The notes beneath the pieces were generated by a model. It ran no database searches. It had not been told where the DNA came from and saw only the letters and a list, made by a program, of their open reading frames with translations. Positions 27,871 through 38,084 of a DNA stretch of 54,740 nucleotides are shown in pieces; the stretch's first letter is position 1, and the number at the start of each line of letters is the position of its first letter. The stretch comes from Candidatus Aminicenantes bacterium (GTDB lineage Bacteria; Acidobacteriota; Aminicenantia; Aminicenantales; Aminicenantaceae). The position numbers were made by a program, and so were the translations under genes. The stretch is taken from the NCBI GenBank assembly GCA_014859315.1, contig JACUUK010000002.1:1-54740 (forward strand), written 5' to 3'.

Positions 27871-30800
27871 ATGTTTATAAAAAAGTTAGAAATTCATGGA
27901 TTCAAATCCTTCCAAAAAAGGACAAAGATAGTCTTCCATCCTGGAATAACAGCCATCATTGGACCTAACGGCACCGGGAAGAGCAATATTGTTGATTCAA
28001 TCCTCTGGGTCTTAGGAGGAAAAAGACTTAAATCACTTCGAGGGGAAAGAAGTGATGATATCATATTCAACGGAAATACAAACCATCCTCCTATGAGCAT
28101 GGCTGATGTAACACTCTCACTTGGCCATGAAGATGAGGAGCTTAACATCAATCATCGGGTTTTCCGTTCAGGAGAAAGTGAGTACAGACTTAACAGTAAA
28201 ACAGTCCGTCTAAAAGACATTCAGGATACACTATGGAAAAAATCTGTTGGTGAAAAGGACTATTTCATCATCGAGCAAGGAAGCATTGGCCTGTTTCTAA
28301 GCTCCAAACCTATTGAAAAAAGAGTTCTACTTGAGGAAGCCGCAGGTACAGCTTTTTATAAGGAAAAAAAGAGACAAGCCCAGTTAAAGATTGAAAGCAG
28401 CGAACAAAATCTTACTCGGCTGGAAGATATCATTGTCGAAATTCAAAAAAGGATAAATTCTTTAAAAAGGCAGGCATTGGCTGCTCAAAAATACAGAAAA
28501 CTGCGCGAAAAAATCCGTGAACAAACTCTTTTCCTTTTCAGGCAAAAAATCGATGCGCTTGAAAAAATCCAAACAGAAATCATTCGCAAGTACCAAAAAT
28601 GCTTTGAGAAAGAAAAAATGCTCTTGGCACATGTGAAAAAAGAAGAAAAAAGTCTTGCAGAAAAGCGCTCAGAAGTTTGGTCCCTTGAAAAATCTATAAA
28701 AGAAAAACATCTCCAGATATTTTCCCTAAAATCCCAACAATCCCAGGCAAAAGCAGAAAAGGACAAGGATGCAAAGCGAATAGACTTTTTCGAAGAGAAA
28801 AAAAGCTCTGCAATACTCAACAAGAAAGAATTCCAGCAAGAACTCAAAGCGCTTGACCAGCAAGATTCAGATTTAAAGCAAAAACTCGAAGATCTTGAAA
28901 AAACATTACACCAGAAACAAAAGGATATGCAAAAGGCCACAGAAGAAAGCAAATCGTTTATCAAGAAACTGGAATCACACAAACAATCAATAGAGATATT
29001 GCGAAAAGAATACCTTAAGATTCTTTCAGCACTTACGGAAATAAAAAATGAAAAAGCGAGATTCGAAAAAGAATTGGAGCTTCTCCTCCCCCAGGAAAAC
29101 AGGCTAAAAACCCAGACGCAAAAAGAACTTTCCATTCTGCAACAATCAGAGAAAAAACAACAGGAGACTGTCAACTCCTTAAAGCAAGAGCAAGATTTCT
29201 TCAAAGAAAAACAAAAATCAATCAACAATTGTCAGAACGAATGCCAGAAGCTCCATCTTTTACTTGAGAAGTTAAAAAATCAGAAAAATGAACTCCAGCA
29301 AGAAAAAGACAAGGCGCAGCATCACCTACATGCTTTACAAAAATTAGAGGAAAAAGAAAGAGAAATCAAAAGTCCAGAAATCCCTGGGAATTTAGGCATT
29401 CTTGCAGATTTAATCGAAAGTGATGCCCAACACACCCACCTGATCGACACTTTTTGGAAAGAGGAAACCACTGCCAATCTTATCCCCGCAAATGAATTCC
29501 TCAAACATTCAATGGATACAAACCTCAAGGGAAACCTTCTCCTTATGGCTCCTAAAGAAAATGAAGAAAAGGCGCCGGACATACTTTCAGAACCAAATGT
29601 ATTAGGACTCTTAAAGTCACGTGTCCGCACTAATTCTGAAGATAAAACCTGGCTTTCTCATCTTCGAGATGCTGCCATTGTAAAAGACATTAAATCTGCT
29701 GTTGATCTCTGGATTCGCTTCCCTTCCCTTAACTTTATAAGCATGCAAGGAGATATTTTGCTTTCCTCAGGGCTTTTAAAGCTGGGCCAGAAGAAAGAAG
29801 GCCTATTGACTCTACATCAGGAGATAAAAAAACTAAAAGTCCATATCGAAGAAATAGATAGAAAGCTATCTCCTCTTAATTGCCAAATTCAACAGGAGGC
29901 AGAATCCAAAAAAAGACTTGAAGATAAAATTAGAGGAGAAATTTCCGAGGTTAACGGGATTGAAAAATCCATAGCTGCAAAAGAAAAAGAGAGCTCCTAT
30001 CTTCTTGAAGAAATAAATCGCATTCAAAGACATATCCTTCTTCTAAAAGAGGAACTTGCCATTTTAGAGGAAGACAAAAAGGCCATGCACAAAAAGCTTG
30101 AAAGTATTTCAAACGAATTGGATATTCTTAAAGATAATGAGAATTCATTGTCCCAACGAGTAAAGAAAGAAGAAATAGACCACGCAGAAGTCCAGGAACT
30201 TAATGAAAGTAAAAAGAGACGTGTCTTTGAGCTTCAATCAGACATAAATATTATCTATGAAAAAATCAAAAACTGCCGACTTCAACTCCAGGAAACTCAA
30301 CGCAGAAGGGAAATTGTAAAAAACAAAATCGCCTCCCTTGAAAATGAAAATCTAAACTCCGAAGATGCACGCATCAAGCTTCAAGAAAATATCATCCAGC
30401 TTGATAAAAAAATCAGCCAACTAAAAAAGAATATAATCAAAAACGAAGCACATTTAAAGGAGCATGAATTGCTCTTGAAAAAAAACCAATCCGAACAGAA
30501 CACACTGGAAAAAAATTTACAGGAACTCAAACAAGAACATGAGACATGCAAAGAAGAAAGGATTCAATGGGAAATAAAAAAAGCTGAAAAAGAGCGGGAC
30601 CTGGTTAATCTTGGAGAATCTTGCTGGCAGGAGTTAAAACAGACTCTTGAAGAGGTCAAAGCCAGTATTTCCATTGAAGAACTTCTCCACGAGAATATAG
30701 AGAAGTCTTTGGCAGAAAACAAGGAAAAGCTTCAAAACTTCAAGGCTGTCAACCTCATGGCCGAAGAAGAATATATTCAGCAGAAAAAACGTTACGACTT

Positions 30801-31356
30801 CCTTGTGCAACAAAAAACAGATTTGCGCGAATCAATTGAATCCACAAAAGAAGCAATCAAAAAAATTGACCTGGAAAGCAAAGCTCAATTTCTTAAAGCT
30901 TTCCAGGAAGTAAACAAAAATTTCAATGAGGTGTTTTCACTCCTTTTCAATGGAGGCCATGCGGAACTAAACTTGACAGACCTTAACCAGCCTTTAGAAA
31001 GCGGGATCGAGATTACTGCCCAGCCTCCAGGAAAAAAACTTCAAAGAATGAGCCTGCTTTCAGGAGGAGAGAAAAGCTTGACAAGCCTGGCGTTTTTCTT
31101 TGCTCTTTTTCGTTATAAGCCAGCCCCTTTCTGCATCCTGGATGAAGTTGATGCGGCTTTAGATGACATAAACTTAGGCCGATTCTTAAGCCTTATGAAG
31201 AAGATTAAAAACCAGACCCAATTCATCATCATTACACACAATTTCAAGACAATGGAAGTTGCTGATTATATATACGGCACGACCATGCCTGAACCGAGCA
31301 TTACAAGTATTTATTCTGTCAAGCTTGGAAAAGATAAGGAGAGAATCCAGGAATGA
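27871..31356 (+). CDS. smc: Chromosome segregation protein SMC
   Basis: 1161 aa. Walker A GPNGTGKSN, long coiled coils with a central hinge, signature LSGGEKSL and Walker B ILDEVDAALD. Confidence 0.95.
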   Translation: MFIKKLEIHGFKSFQKRTKIVFHPGITAIIGPNGTGKSNIVDSILWVLGGKRLKSLRGERSDDIIFNGNTNHPPMSMADVTLSLGHEDEELNINHRVFRSGESEYRLNSKTVRLKDIQDTLWKKSVGEKDYFIIEQGSIGLFLSSKPIEKRVLLEEAAGTAFYKEKKRQAQLKIESSEQNLTRLEDIIVEIQKRINSLKRQALAAQKYRKLREKIREQTLFLFRQKIDALEKIQTEIIRKYQKCFEKEKMLLAHVKKEEKSLAEKRSEVWSLEKSIKEKHLQIFSLKSQQSQAKAEKDKDAKRIDFFEEKKSSAILNKKEFQQELKALDQQDSDLKQKLEDLEKTLHQKQKDMQKATEESKSFIKKLESHKQSIEILRKEYLKILSALTEIKNEKARFEKELELLLPQENRLKTQTQKELSILQQSEKKQQETVNSLKQEQDFFKEKQKSINNCQNECQKLHLLLEKLKNQKNELQQEKDKAQHHLHALQKLEEKEREIKSPEIPGNLGILADLIESDAQHTHLIDTFWKEETTANLIPANEFLKHSMDTNLKGNLLLMAPKENEEKAPDILSEPNVLGLLKSRVRTNSEDKTWLSHLRDAAIVKDIKSAVDLWIRFPSLNFISMQGDILLSSGLLKLGQKKEGLLTLHQEIKKLKVHIEEIDRKLSPLNCQIQQEAESKKRLEDKIRGEISEVNGIEKSIAAKEKESSYLLEEINRIQRHILLLKEELAILEEDKKAMHKKLESISNELDILKDNENSLSQRVKKEEIDHAEVQELNESKKRRVFELQSDINIIYEKIKNCRLQLQETQRRREIVKNKIASLENENLNSEDARIKLQENIIQLDKKISQLKKNIIKNEAHLKEHELLLKKNQSEQNTLEKNLQELKQEHETCKEERIQWEIKKAEKERDLVNLGESCWQELKQTLEEVKASISIEELLHENIEKSLAENKEKLQNFKAVNLMAEEEYIQQKKRYDFLVQQKTDLRESIESTKEAIKKIDLESKAQFLKAFQEVNKNFNEVFSLLFNGGHAELNLTDLNQPLESGIEITAQPPGKKLQRMSLLSGGEKSLTSLAFFFALFRYKPAPFCILDEVDAALDDINLGRFLSLMKKIKNQTQFIIITHNFKTMEVADYIYGTTMPEPSITSIYSVKLGKDKERIQE

Positions 31357-32852
31357 GAGTCCAACTGTTTGTTCCTCCGGGCGGATATTTTGCTGAACGC
31401 TGGTCAAAAGGGTCCTCAATGCCTCCGCTGGGCCTTTTGTATATTTCCGCAGTCCTTGAAGAAGATGGTCATCAAGTAAACATTGTCCCTGCAGACATAC
31501 TCAAGCTTAATTCCAGTTCCATTAAAAAAGCCATGCTCGATTTTAAACCCGATGTAATCGGAGTTACATCCACAACAGAAAATAGATTCGAGAGCTTTAA
31601 CTTGATTAAATTAGCTAAAAAAACATATCCTCGCGCCTTAACCATCTTAGGAGGGCCTCATTCATCGATGGCTGCCGAAGACTGCCTGGAAAACATTCCA
31701 GAACTTAATATAGTGGTCAAAGGCGAAGGAGAAATGACAATGCGGGAACTCTGCCAGGCATTGGAACAAAAGGCAGACATATGCTCCTTGCATGCAATTT
31801 CTGGAATTTCCTACAGAAAAGACGGGTACGTCCAGTCAAACCCGAGGCGTCCGTTAATATCAGACTTAGATAGTCTTCCTTTTCCGGCATTTCATTTAAT
31901 TCCATTTGAAAAATACAATTTTCTCTTTGAAGTTCCAGGAGAAGGAATGCTTCCTGCTGTCAACATAATGACAAGCCGGGGTTGTCCATTCAATTGCAAC
32001 TTTTGCGCTACACCCATTAATTGGGGTCGAAATGTCAGGATGCGTTCTCCTGAAAACGTCATCCAGGAAATCGAATTTCTCATCCATACTTATGGGATCA
32101 AGGTTGTATTCTTCTTTGATGATACATTCAATGCAAACCCGAAAAGGGTCGAACGTATTTGCGACCTTATTCTGGAGAAAAATCTCAAGATTTTCTGGAA
32201 ATGCGACATCAGATTCGATCTTATCGATAAATCTCTGCTTACGAAGATGAAAAGGGCCGGGCTTTTTCACCTGTCTTTTGGTCTGGAAGCAGGTTCAGAG
32301 CGAGTTCGCAATGAAATCATAAACAAGAAAATCAACATTAAAGACTTCCATAATGTGGTCCAATGGTGCCAGGAATTAGAAATAATCCCCAATGCTTTCT
32401 TCATTTTCAGCCATCCTACAGAAACCTGGGAAGAAGCCCAAGAAACAATAAGAATCATCGAACAATACAAGGATAATATCGAAGGAAGCATCGCAATCCT
32501 CCATGTGTACCCTGGAACTCCCTTAGAAAAGACAGCAAAAGAAAGTGGCATCCTGCCTGAAGCCTTCTCCTGGGCAAAAAGATACCGCTCGAAAATAATA
32601 ACTCTTCCAACCGCTCAGGGCGATGTCCCCCTTTTTGTGGATAAGCTCACCTGGCAGCAGATAAGTGAACTTCTCTTTCGATGGTCCTTTAGCGGAGGAA
32701 AAATTTCAATATTTAGAAAAATCCCAAGGATTCTCAAAAATATCCGCTCTCCTGGGGATGTCCAGAGATATACAGTAATGCTTTTTGTCTACTTGAAACT
32801 GAGCTTGAAAAGAATTTTAAGCAAACAAACAATCAATCAGCATCTCCTATAA
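31353..32852 (+). CDS. B12-binding-domain radical SAM protein (class B rSAM), substrate unknown
   Basis: 499 aa. An N-terminal cobalamin-binding-like Rossmann region (PPLGLLYISAVLEEDGH...DVIGVTS) is followed by SRGCPFNCNFC (CX3CX2C). Its ATG overlaps the smc TGA (ATGA). Confidence 0.8.
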   Translation: MRVQLFVPPGGYFAERWSKGSSMPPLGLLYISAVLEEDGHQVNIVPADILKLNSSSIKKAMLDFKPDVIGVTSTTENRFESFNLIKLAKKTYPRALTILGGPHSSMAAEDCLENIPELNIVVKGEGEMTMRELCQALEQKADICSLHAISGISYRKDGYVQSNPRRPLISDLDSLPFPAFHLIPFEKYNFLFEVPGEGMLPAVNIMTSRGCPFNCNFCATPINWGRNVRMRSPENVIQEIEFLIHTYGIKVVFFFDDTFNANPKRVERICDLILEKNLKIFWKCDIRFDLIDKSLLTKMKRAGLFHLSFGLEAGSERVRNEIINKKINIKDFHNVVQWCQELEIIPNAFFIFSHPTETWEEAQETIRIIEQYKDNIEGSIAILHVYPGTPLEKTAKESGILPEAFSWAKRYRSKIITLPTAQGDVPLFVDKLTWQQISELLFRWSFSGGKISIFRKIPRILKNIRSPGDVQRYTVMLFVYLKLSLKRILSKQTINQHLL

Positions 32853-32996
32853 CCCTGAATTTATCAATGTATAGTCAATATGCCATTCGTCATCTATTTT
32901 GGACAATTTTGAAAAAATCATGATAAATCTTCAGACAAACCAATTGGCACCATATTTGCATAATAAAAAAGTGGTTTCAAAATAAAGGAGAATAAA

Positions 32997-34706
32997 ATGA
33001 AAAAAATCATACTCACAATACTCATTCTTCTCCTTGCTTTTTTCATCTTAAATGCAAGGGAACAGGAATACACAAATCAGTCAATTGCTCGCCTGAGCTA
33101 TGCAACTGAAAACACCTATATCCAGAGAGCCACAGACCTTGGCTATGAAGAAGCCGTACTGAATATGCCTGTATTAGAGGGCGACAGATTAGGAACAACA
33201 GAAGGCAGAGCTGAAATCTATCTGGGAAAATCCAATTATCTCCGTTTAGACAATAATACAAAAGTTGACCTTATTAGATTGCCAAAAAGAGACGATGAGA
33301 GAATCGAGATTCAAGTCTGGACTGGAAATGTTTATCTTAGTATCGGCTACTTAAGCAAAGAAAAAGATATGGTCATGCACACAGCAGATGTTTCTATATA
33401 CATCTTGGATGAGGGTCTTTACAGAATAGATGTCAGGGAAAACCAAGAAAGTGAAATATTTGTCTTTAAAGGCCTGGTGGAAGCCGCAGGAGAAAGCGGG
33501 TCAGTACTTATCAATGAAGCGCAAAGACTCGAAGCAATAGCCGGCCATTTTACATCAAGGCCCACGCGGTTCATTGCTATTGCTGAAGACAGCTTCGACA
33601 GATGGAGTGAGGACAGAGACTCTTTGGTTCGGAAACGTCTCGCACAAAAATACCTTCCTGAGGAACTGGAAGATTTTGAATATGAGTTAGATTCTTACGG
33701 AGATTGGGCTTATGTGTATCCTTACGGGCACGTGTGGGTTCCTATGGGAATAGATGTCAACTGGCGCCCTTATTCTTATGGCAGATGGCTCTGGCTGCCT
33801 CTCTATGGCTGGACTTGGCTTCCCTATGAGCCATGGGGTTGGGCTACATTTCATTACGGAAGATGGCACTGGAGAGCTAGCCTTGGATGGTACTGGATAC
33901 CGACCAATATCTGGGGTCCTGCATGGGTCAGTTGGTACTGGGGATATGACTATATTGGATGGGCTCCCTTAAGCTATTACGGCTATCCCGGCGTAATCAT
34001 TAACAATGTGTTCTATGACCGCTATTCCCAACGTTATTATCCATACAATTCCCGGGCAATAACTGTCATCCATAAAAACCAGCTCAAATCGCGGAATGTC
34101 TCAAAAGTCGCCCTTCATCAGGACACAATCAAAACTATAGGAAAAATCCAGTTGACAAATAAAGCTCCAAGCATTCGTCCTGTTAGCCAAAAGGTCCAGG
34201 TGGAAAAAATGAGAGGCACTCAGCTCTTGCTGCGAAAAAAAACTTCTGAAACTCAGCTGCAAACCAAAACAGGTAAACGGATTCAAAGCACACCTTATAA
34301 AAGCGTGCAATCAACACAAACAACAACATATCCGCGAAAAATTCGGGATTACAGTTTAAAACCAAAAGACACCTCATCCATCCAAGAAAGAAAAATCATC
34401 AAGACAAAATCTGGATATCCATCCTCTCCAAATATCAATGCTGAAAAATACTCAAGAAGCGTAAAAACCAGAAAATCCACATCTGTTTCTGGCAAAATCT
34501 ATGACTATATTTCAAGCAGCAGCAAATCAAGCAAAAGTAAGGCACCCCGAATTTCTTCTTATAAGAAAACAAGCTCCAAATCTAGCACTATTTCTTCCTC
34601 ATCATCCAGAAGTTCATCCAGAAGCTCATCCTCGTCATCAACTCGTTCAAGTAGCTCAAAGACTCGGTCTTCTGGATCATCATCAAAAACCAGGAAAAAC
34701 AAATAA
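32997..34706 (+). CDS. Secreted protein: FecR-like N-terminal region (tentative), Trp/Tyr-rich domain, and Ser/Lys/Thr-rich low-complexity tail
   Basis: 569 aa with a signal peptide (MKKIILTILILLLAFFILNA). The block at 33696-33968 (YGDWAYVYPYGHVWVP..WRPYSYGRWLWLPLYGWTW..WGWATFHYGRW..WGPAWVSW..IGWAP) is about half identical to the 16253-17413 protein. The tail ends SSSSRSSSRSSSSSSTRSSSSKTRSSGSSSKTRKNK. Confidence 0.6.
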   Translation: MKKIILTILILLLAFFILNAREQEYTNQSIARLSYATENTYIQRATDLGYEEAVLNMPVLEGDRLGTTEGRAEIYLGKSNYLRLDNNTKVDLIRLPKRDDERIEIQVWTGNVYLSIGYLSKEKDMVMHTADVSIYILDEGLYRIDVRENQESEIFVFKGLVEAAGESGSVLINEAQRLEAIAGHFTSRPTRFIAIAEDSFDRWSEDRDSLVRKRLAQKYLPEELEDFEYELDSYGDWAYVYPYGHVWVPMGIDVNWRPYSYGRWLWLPLYGWTWLPYEPWGWATFHYGRWHWRASLGWYWIPTNIWGPAWVSWYWGYDYIGWAPLSYYGYPGVIINNVFYDRYSQRYYPYNSRAITVIHKNQLKSRNVSKVALHQDTIKTIGKIQLTNKAPSIRPVSQKVQVEKMRGTQLLLRKKTSETQLQTKTGKRIQSTPYKSVQSTQTTTYPRKIRDYSLKPKDTSSIQERKIIKTKSGYPSSPNINAEKYSRSVKTRKSTSVSGKIYDYISSSSKSSKSKAPRISSYKKTSSKSSTISSSSSRSSSRSSSSSSTRSSSSKTRSSGSSSKTRKNK

Positions 34707-34793
34707 TCCGGTTATCCGTTTCTTTTTCTTGAAGGGAATTACACAAAAAAGTTCGATAATATTCCAGATGCTCCTCAGTGGAAAGATTGACTT

Positions 34794-37232
34794 TTAATGA
34801 ATTTCTTCTTTTTTCTTGGAGTAATAATCCAGAACCAGCAGATGGTCTTCATACGTGCAAAATCGGCCGGGCTCTGTTCCAGGGAGGAAAACTTCCTTTA
34901 TCGTCCATAGACAGAATGGTGTTGCCAACAAACCGGTCTTTCTGTCAATCTCTACAAAATTTAGATTAGGGGGAACTTCAAATTCTTCCATTAGAGGATC
35001 TTCTCCCATTTCCTCTGCTGCTTTCTTTTCCTTTTCAATAATATGGCTGAAAAACTCTATCCAAACAGGAAGAGCAGCTACAGCCCCGGATTGATGTTCA
35101 CCTATTGAAATCTTAGTGTTATGCCCGACCCAGACGCCAGCACAAAGGGATGGAGAAAATCCTATAAACCAGGCATCAGAATATTCGTCGGTTGTCCCTG
35201 TTTTTCCAGCTAATGGCTTATCTTTTAATAAAAAGCTCGCCGCTGCAGCAGTCCCTCCCTGGACAACCCCCTGAAGAAGATAGGTCATCATATAGGCAAT
35301 CTCTGGAGAAATGACTTCCTCTGTCTCTATCTTGCTTTCTTCCAAGATATTTCCATCTTTATCTTCTATCCGCGTGATGAAATAGGGCTCTACCCGGATG
35401 CCTCTGTTCGGAAAAGTCGTAAAGGCAGATACAAGCTCAATCAATCTTGCTTCGAATGCCCCGAGTGCAAGAGAGAGATAAGGATAGACAGGCGATTTAA
35501 CACCAAATCTCTTGCAATATTCTACACCAATCTGTGGAGAAATATACTCTAAAAGTTTCGCAGTAACAATATTTCTTGACTCTTCCAATCCTGTTCGAAG
35601 CGTCACTGCACCTTTGTATTTCCTGTCGTAATTATTCGGAGCATACAGTTCCCCTGACCATTGATCCTTGAATTCTGTTGGCTCATCAACAATCCTGCTT
35701 GCAGGTGTAAAACCGTTCTCCAGCGCAGCCGTATAAAGGATTGGTTTTATCACTGAACCAGACTGTCTCGTTGCCTGAGTAGCATTATTCCATTTGCTTC
35801 TTTCAAAAGAATATCCTCCAACCATCGCTTTTATCTGCCCAGTTTGAGGTTCAATTGCCAGAAAGCCACCTTCAAGAAGCGGCTCTTGATCTAGGGAAAC
35901 ATCAAGTTTTTTATTTTCTTCATCTATTTTTCGGATTTTAACGTGAATTACATCTCCCTTTTTTATAAGGTTTTTCAGATTATTTGTTTTTGTCCAGCCA
36001 ATCCCTTTATTTGTTAACTCGCCTGTGTAATCCTTAAATTTTATTGTAGCTTTATTTCTTTCTACATATAACACTACAGCTTCAATGATATCTTGTTCCT
36101 CCAAGGAGGACTTCAACCAGCTCGAAAACGTTTTCCCATCGAATTCTTCAAGGTTCTGGAGGCCTTCGTCCAAGAGGTTTTTCTTGTCTTTTCTCCAGCC
36201 CTGTCTTTTATCCAGGACCCTGAGGTGGTTTCTCAGCGCTTCTTCAGCATATTTTTGGTATTCGATATTTACAGTCGTATAGACCTTAAGCCCATCTCTA
36301 TAAAGTGCTTCTGCTCCGTAATTCTTTTCTAAATATTTACGGACTTCCTCATTAAAATAGGCAGAAAATTCAGAATCCCCCCGATGCAAAGGAAGAACAT
36401 TCAGGGGTTCCTGCTTGATTTTTTCAGCTTCATCTTTTCTTAGAAAACCCTCTTCCACCAGCCGGTTAAGCACATGATTCCGGCGGCGAAGGGTTCTTTC
36501 AGGATTATTGTATGGAGAATAATAATAAGGCCCTCTGAAAAGGCCTGCTATCATCGCAGCTTCTGCCAGAGTTAATTCAGAAACATTCTTTTCAAAGAAA
36601 AGTTGTGAAGCAGTCTCCACACCAAAAGCACCATGCCCCAAGTCATATTGATTGAGGTACATCGTCATTATCTGCTGCTTGGTATATTTTCTTTCAATCT
36701 GCAGAGCCAGAATGACCTCCTTCAATTTCCGCCTTAGAGTCTGCTTTGGATGAAGAAAAAGCTCGCGGGAAAGCTGCTGGCTGATTGTGCTTCCCCCATG
36801 AAGTCTTCTGGATTTTCTTCCAATCTTAATATTTTCTTTGACTGCACGTAAAATCCCATAAAAATCAATTCCATGATGCCTATAAAATCTGGGGTCTTCT
36901 GTTGATATGATTGCTTTTTTTAAGACTTCTGGGATTTCCTCGTAAGTGATAACAATCCTTTTCTGCCTGGCGTATTGTCCTATGACTTCTCCATTATCCG
37001 CAAAAATATAGGTGATTATCGGCGGTTCATACGTCTCAAGCATTGTAATGGAAGGCAGGTTTTGCATTATTGCCTTATAAACACCAACCGTTATTCCCAG
37101 AAAGCAAATAAAAAGAATTAAAAGAGCAAAAAGAATTCTATTACGAACCTTAGGTTCGCGAAGTTTTTTTAAAGAAAAACCTTTTACTTTTAATTTTTTA
37201 ATCTTCAAAATAAGTGTCTTTTTTTCTGTCAT
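34794..37232 (-). CDS. mrcA: Class A penicillin-binding protein (PBP1A: glycosyltransferase plus transpeptidase)
   Basis: 812 aa with an N-terminal anchor. GT51 motifs EDPRFYRHHGID and GGSTISQQL. Transpeptidase motifs SGSVIKP (SxxK), SRN and KTGTT. Confidence 0.9.
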   Translation of the reverse strand: MTEKKTLILKIKKLKVKGFSLKKLREPKVRNRILFALLILFICFLGITVGVYKAIMQNLPSITMLETYEPPIITYIFADNGEVIGQYARQKRIVITYEEIPEVLKKAIISTEDPRFYRHHGIDFYGILRAVKENIKIGRKSRRLHGGSTISQQLSRELFLHPKQTLRRKLKEVILALQIERKYTKQQIMTMYLNQYDLGHGAFGVETASQLFFEKNVSELTLAEAAMIAGLFRGPYYYSPYNNPERTLRRRNHVLNRLVEEGFLRKDEAEKIKQEPLNVLPLHRGDSEFSAYFNEEVRKYLEKNYGAEALYRDGLKVYTTVNIEYQKYAEEALRNHLRVLDKRQGWRKDKKNLLDEGLQNLEEFDGKTFSSWLKSSLEEQDIIEAVVLYVERNKATIKFKDYTGELTNKGIGWTKTNNLKNLIKKGDVIHVKIRKIDEENKKLDVSLDQEPLLEGGFLAIEPQTGQIKAMVGGYSFERSKWNNATQATRQSGSVIKPILYTAALENGFTPASRIVDEPTEFKDQWSGELYAPNNYDRKYKGAVTLRTGLEESRNIVTAKLLEYISPQIGVEYCKRFGVKSPVYPYLSLALGAFEARLIELVSAFTTFPNRGIRVEPYFITRIEDKDGNILEESKIETEEVISPEIAYMMTYLLQGVVQGGTAAAASFLLKDKPLAGKTGTTDEYSDAWFIGFSPSLCAGVWVGHNTKISIGEHQSGAVAALPVWIEFFSHIIEKEKKAAEEMGEDPLMEEFEVPPNLNFVEIDRKTGLLATPFCLWTIKEVFLPGTEPGRFCTYEDHLLVLDYYSKKKEEIH

Positions 37233-37267
37233 TAGGATAAGAATATAACAAATTTAATTGAGATGGT

Positions 37268-37891
37268 CTATAGAGTCAAACGGTTCAGATATGCAAACAC
37301 AATTTGCTTTATTTCTTTACTGATTTCTTCCTCAGAGCGATCGGCATTCACATGAAAGATGTTATCGCCGTTAATTTGCAAAAAAAGTTGGCGGACGCGT
37401 ACCAAATAATCTTCCCGTTCGAACAGCAAATCTTTCTTTTTTCGGTTCTCAATACGATTGAGGCCCTTCTTGGCATCTAAATCCAGGATAAAAACTAAAT
37501 CCGGTTCAACAGCAATTTTTTCATTCAGTTTTCGAATTCTTTCAGTATCAATGCCTTTTGCTCCCTGGTAGGCTATTGTCGAAAAGTAATATCTATCCAA
37601 TATGACCATCTGTTTTTTTCTGAGGGCTGGTTTTAAATTTTTTTCGACGTTTTCTTCCCTATCTCTCTGAAAAAGCTTTAATTCTTCTTCAGGGGAAAGA
37701 GATTCTGGAAACGCAGCTTTTTCTTTGATTATACGGCCCCACTTCCCTTGAGTGGGCTCACTAAAATATACGGCTTTAAAACTTCTTTCTGAAAGAGCAT
37801 GGAAAAGATTATTAGCTTGAGTTGATTTTCCCGACCCATCGATTCCTTCGAAAACAATCAAAACTCCTCTCTTCAACCTCATTTTCCTCAC
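37268..37891 (-). CDS. tmk: dTMP (thymidylate) kinase
   Basis: 207 aa with P-loop FEGIDGSGKSTQ and a DRY-like block (LDRYYFST). Confidence 0.9.
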   Translation of the reverse strand: MRKMRLKRGVLIVFEGIDGSGKSTQANNLFHALSERSFKAVYFSEPTQGKWGRIIKEKAAFPESLSPEEELKLFQRDREENVEKNLKPALRKKQMVILDRYYFSTIAYQGAKGIDTERIRKLNEKIAVEPDLVFILDLDAKKGLNRIENRKKKDLLFEREDYLVRVRQLFLQINGDNIFHVNADRSEEEISKEIKQIVFAYLNRLTL

Positions 37892-38084
37892 TATGACCGC
37901 CTTCTAAAAATAGTATTGATTCATGCTCTTAGAGAAATTTTATAGTGATAATAATTCTAAAAGATTTTAATTGCAACTTTTCCTGCAATGAAAAGTTATA
38001 GGAATCTATATAAATTGAATTTTTTTTAATGTTATGATAATTTATTATCTAATTTCAATAAGAGGATAAATAAAGGAGGATAAA

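Noticed and set aside
28485-29228. 247-aa minus-strand ORF inside smc, rich in Ser/Cys/Phe
   Set aside because: It lies entirely antisense to the smc coiled-coil region. Its composition is what you get by reverse-complementing Lys/Glu-rich codons (AAA/GAA becomes TTT/TTC). It has no SD and no recognisable motif.
32867-32923. 18-codon ORF (MYSQYAIRHLFWTILKKS) downstream of the radical SAM gene, as a possible RiPP precursor
   Set aside because: It has no SD, no Cys/Ser/Thr-rich core and no leader-like region. An ORF this short in AT-rich DNA is expected by chance.
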